Source: Gemmatimonadales bacterium (lineage in GTDB: Bacteria; Gemmatimonadota; Gemmatimonadetes; Gemmatimonadales; GWC2-71-9). Taken from it: DNA of 35,229 bases. Both the position numbers and the translations under genes were made by a program. The notes beneath the pieces are model-generated. The model was given only the letters and a program-made list of their open reading frames with translations, had not been told where the DNA came from and searched no databases. The DNA is taken from positions 1 to 35,229 of the forward strand of contig DASWAI010000096.1 of the NCBI GenBank assembly GCA_036391215.1, given 5' to 3'. Below are positions 33,815-35,229 of this stretch, in pieces. The stretch's first letter is position 1. Every line of letters begins with the position of its first letter.

Positions 33815-35229
33815 TGCGCCGCCGTCTGGCGCGGTTCGTCTTCGTCGTCCTGCTCGGGACCGTCGCCGGCGTCATCGGCGTCGTGACGGCGCTGGTGCTC
33901 ACGCCGCCGGGCCGGGACTTGCTGGCCCGCACCGTGTCGAGCGAGCTGAGCCGGGTGCTCGCGGGGTCGGTGGAGGTGGGGTCGGTGTCGGGCTCGTTCC
34001 TCTACGACCTGACGATCGAGCGGCTGGTCGTCCGCGACACCGCCGGCGTGCTGCTCGCGGACCTGCCGCTGGTCCGGGTGGGCTACCGGCTCCCGAACTT
34101 CTTCGCCCGGCGCTTCGTGCTGGCGCGGCTCCAAGTGGAGCATCCCACCCTCCAGCTGGTCAAGCACCGGAACGGGCGGATGAACTACGAGGACGTGCTC
34201 CGCCTCGGCGGCCCGGGCGGGGGCACCTCGCCCCTGATCGAGTTCCGTCATCTCGAGGTGCGGGACGGCACGGTCCGGGTACTGCTGCCCTGGTCGCCCC
34301 CGCCGCAGCTCAAGACCGGCGCGGAGCAGGACTCGGCGCTCGCCGCGGAGCGCGCACGCCCGGGGCGCGTGATCGAGTCCGGGCCCGAGGGGCTCCGACG
34401 GGTGATCGAGTTCGCCGATCTCACGACGAAGATGACGCGGATGCGGATCGGCACGCCGGACCACCTCCCCTTCCTGGTGGACCTCGATACGCTGGCCACG
34501 CGGGTAAGCGATCCCCAGGTCGTGCTGCGGGACGCGGCGGGCCGCGTGGTGCAGCACGGGGACAGCCTGGTCTTCAGTCTCCGGCGCGGCGCGCTCCCGC
34601 ACACGCGGTTCACCGGGGGCGGCGCCGTGACCTGGCCGCACGACACCACCCTCTACGACTTCCAGGTGGTCTCGCCCGAGGCGAGCCTGGTCGACTTGCG
34701 GTGGATCTCGCCGGACTTCCCCGACCTCACCGGGCGGGGCGTGGTCGCCGCGCACTCGGAGAGCGGCACCCGCGCGGCCTTCGTGGTCACGGGACTGCAC
34801 CTGGCGCGGGGCTCCACCCGGATCGACGGCCAGCTCACCGTGCTCGACGACCGCCGCCGCGGCATCGGCGTGCGGGACCTCAAGCTCACCCATACGGACC
34901 TCGATCTCGACGAGGTCCGTCCGTGGGTGCCCGACCTGCCCTTCTTCGGCACCCTGTCCGGCAGCACCGCGGGGTCGGGCTTCCTGGACGCGCTCGACGT
35001 GAAGCTGGACTGGGACTACACCGACGAAGAGGTCGCGGGGCACCCGGTGACGCACGTCGCCGCCCAGGGGCGGGTGAGCGCCACCCGCCAGGGCCTGGTG
35101 TTCCACGACCTCGCCGTGAGCGAGTCGGACGTGGACCTCGGCACGGTCCGCCGGCTCGCGCCCGCGATCATCCTGCCGGGCCGGCTTCGGGCCGCGGGCA
35201 CGCTCGACGGCCCGCTGCACGACGTGACC
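33814..35229 (+). CDS. TamB/AsmA-like translocation-and-assembly module protein (3' end outside the window)
   Basis: ATG 33814 shares one base with the Omp85 TGA (TGATG). I checked that the frame is open to the window end (472 codons). N-terminal TM anchor FVFVVLLGTVAGVIGVVTALVL. It is missing from the ORF track because it has no stop in the window. Confidence 0.7.
   Translation, partial: MRRRLARFVFVVLLGTVAGVIGVVTALVLTPPGRDLLARTVSSELSRVLAGSVEVGSVSGSFLYDLTIERLVVRDTAGVLLADLPLVRVGYRLPNFFARRFVLARLQVEHPTLQLVKHRNGRMNYEDVLRLGGPGGGTSPLIEFRHLEVRDGTVRVLLPWSPPPQLKTGAEQDSALAAERARPGRVIESGPEGLRRVIEFADLTTKMTRMRIGTPDHLPFLVDLDTLATRVSDPQVVLRDAAGRVVQHGDSLVFSLRRGALPHTRFTGGGAVTWPHDTTLYDFQVVSPEASLVDLRWISPDFPDLTGRGVVAAHSESGTRAAFVVTGLHLARGSTRIDGQLTVLDDRRRGIGVRDLKLTHTDLDLDEVRPWVPDLPFFGTLSGSTAGSGFLDALDVKLDWDYTDEEVAGHPVTHVAAQGRVSATRQGLVFHDLAVSESDVDLGTVRRLAPAIILPGRLRAAGTLDGPLHDVT

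Overview
Very GC-rich chromosomal segment with about 35 genes. I saw no transposase or integrase genes, rRNA, tRNA or CRISPR. It falls into four blocks. (1) 1-10067 (+) is a Tad/Cpa type IVc pilus operon: cpaB 3' end, cpaC secretin, a TadG-like protein, cpaE/tadZ, cpaF/tadA, tadB and tadC. It continues without a break into three non-canonical genes (DUF192, an AAA+ ATPase with an N-terminal extension, and a membrane protein built from 23-residue repeats) and ends at a strong intrinsic terminator. (2) 10100-17620 holds an M48 lipoprotein peptidase and an Fe-S uracil-DNA glycosylase. It also holds a vWA (MIDAS) protein and a ChlI/BchI-like ATPase, separated by an MFS exporter and a cytidylate-kinase-like gene, and a tiny Met-rich lipoprotein. 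(3) 17699-27510 (-) holds a LON-N-domain/glcD/glcE/glcF/HAD/ygfZ operon, a short RpoD-like sigma factor, aroB, a PduO-type adenosyltransferase and sixA. (4) 27531-35229 holds dacB (PBP4), a peptide-type ABC binding protein with a single permease, and a divergent Omp85 (TamA/BamA-like) plus TamB pair that runs off the window. Gene junctions are dominated by 4-nt ATGA/GTGA start-stop overlaps (4215, 5657, 7945, 9291, 21959, 23386, 29997). The most unusual signal is not a protein. At least six intergenic sites carry tandem arrays of 7-nt units (GTGAGAA/GTGAGCA/GTGAACG types and a CGTYGGC type), several of them as inverted array pairs. Four genes end on a TGA inside a clear array, and a fifth ends in a degenerate outlying unit. 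Secondary points are the Tad-appended three-gene module, a ChlI-like ATPase with non-canonical Walker motifs split from its vWA partner, and three genes whose conserved N-terminal coding runs upstream of any ATG/GTG/TTG. My taxonomic guess is a Gemmatimonadota-like member of the FCB group; this is inference only.
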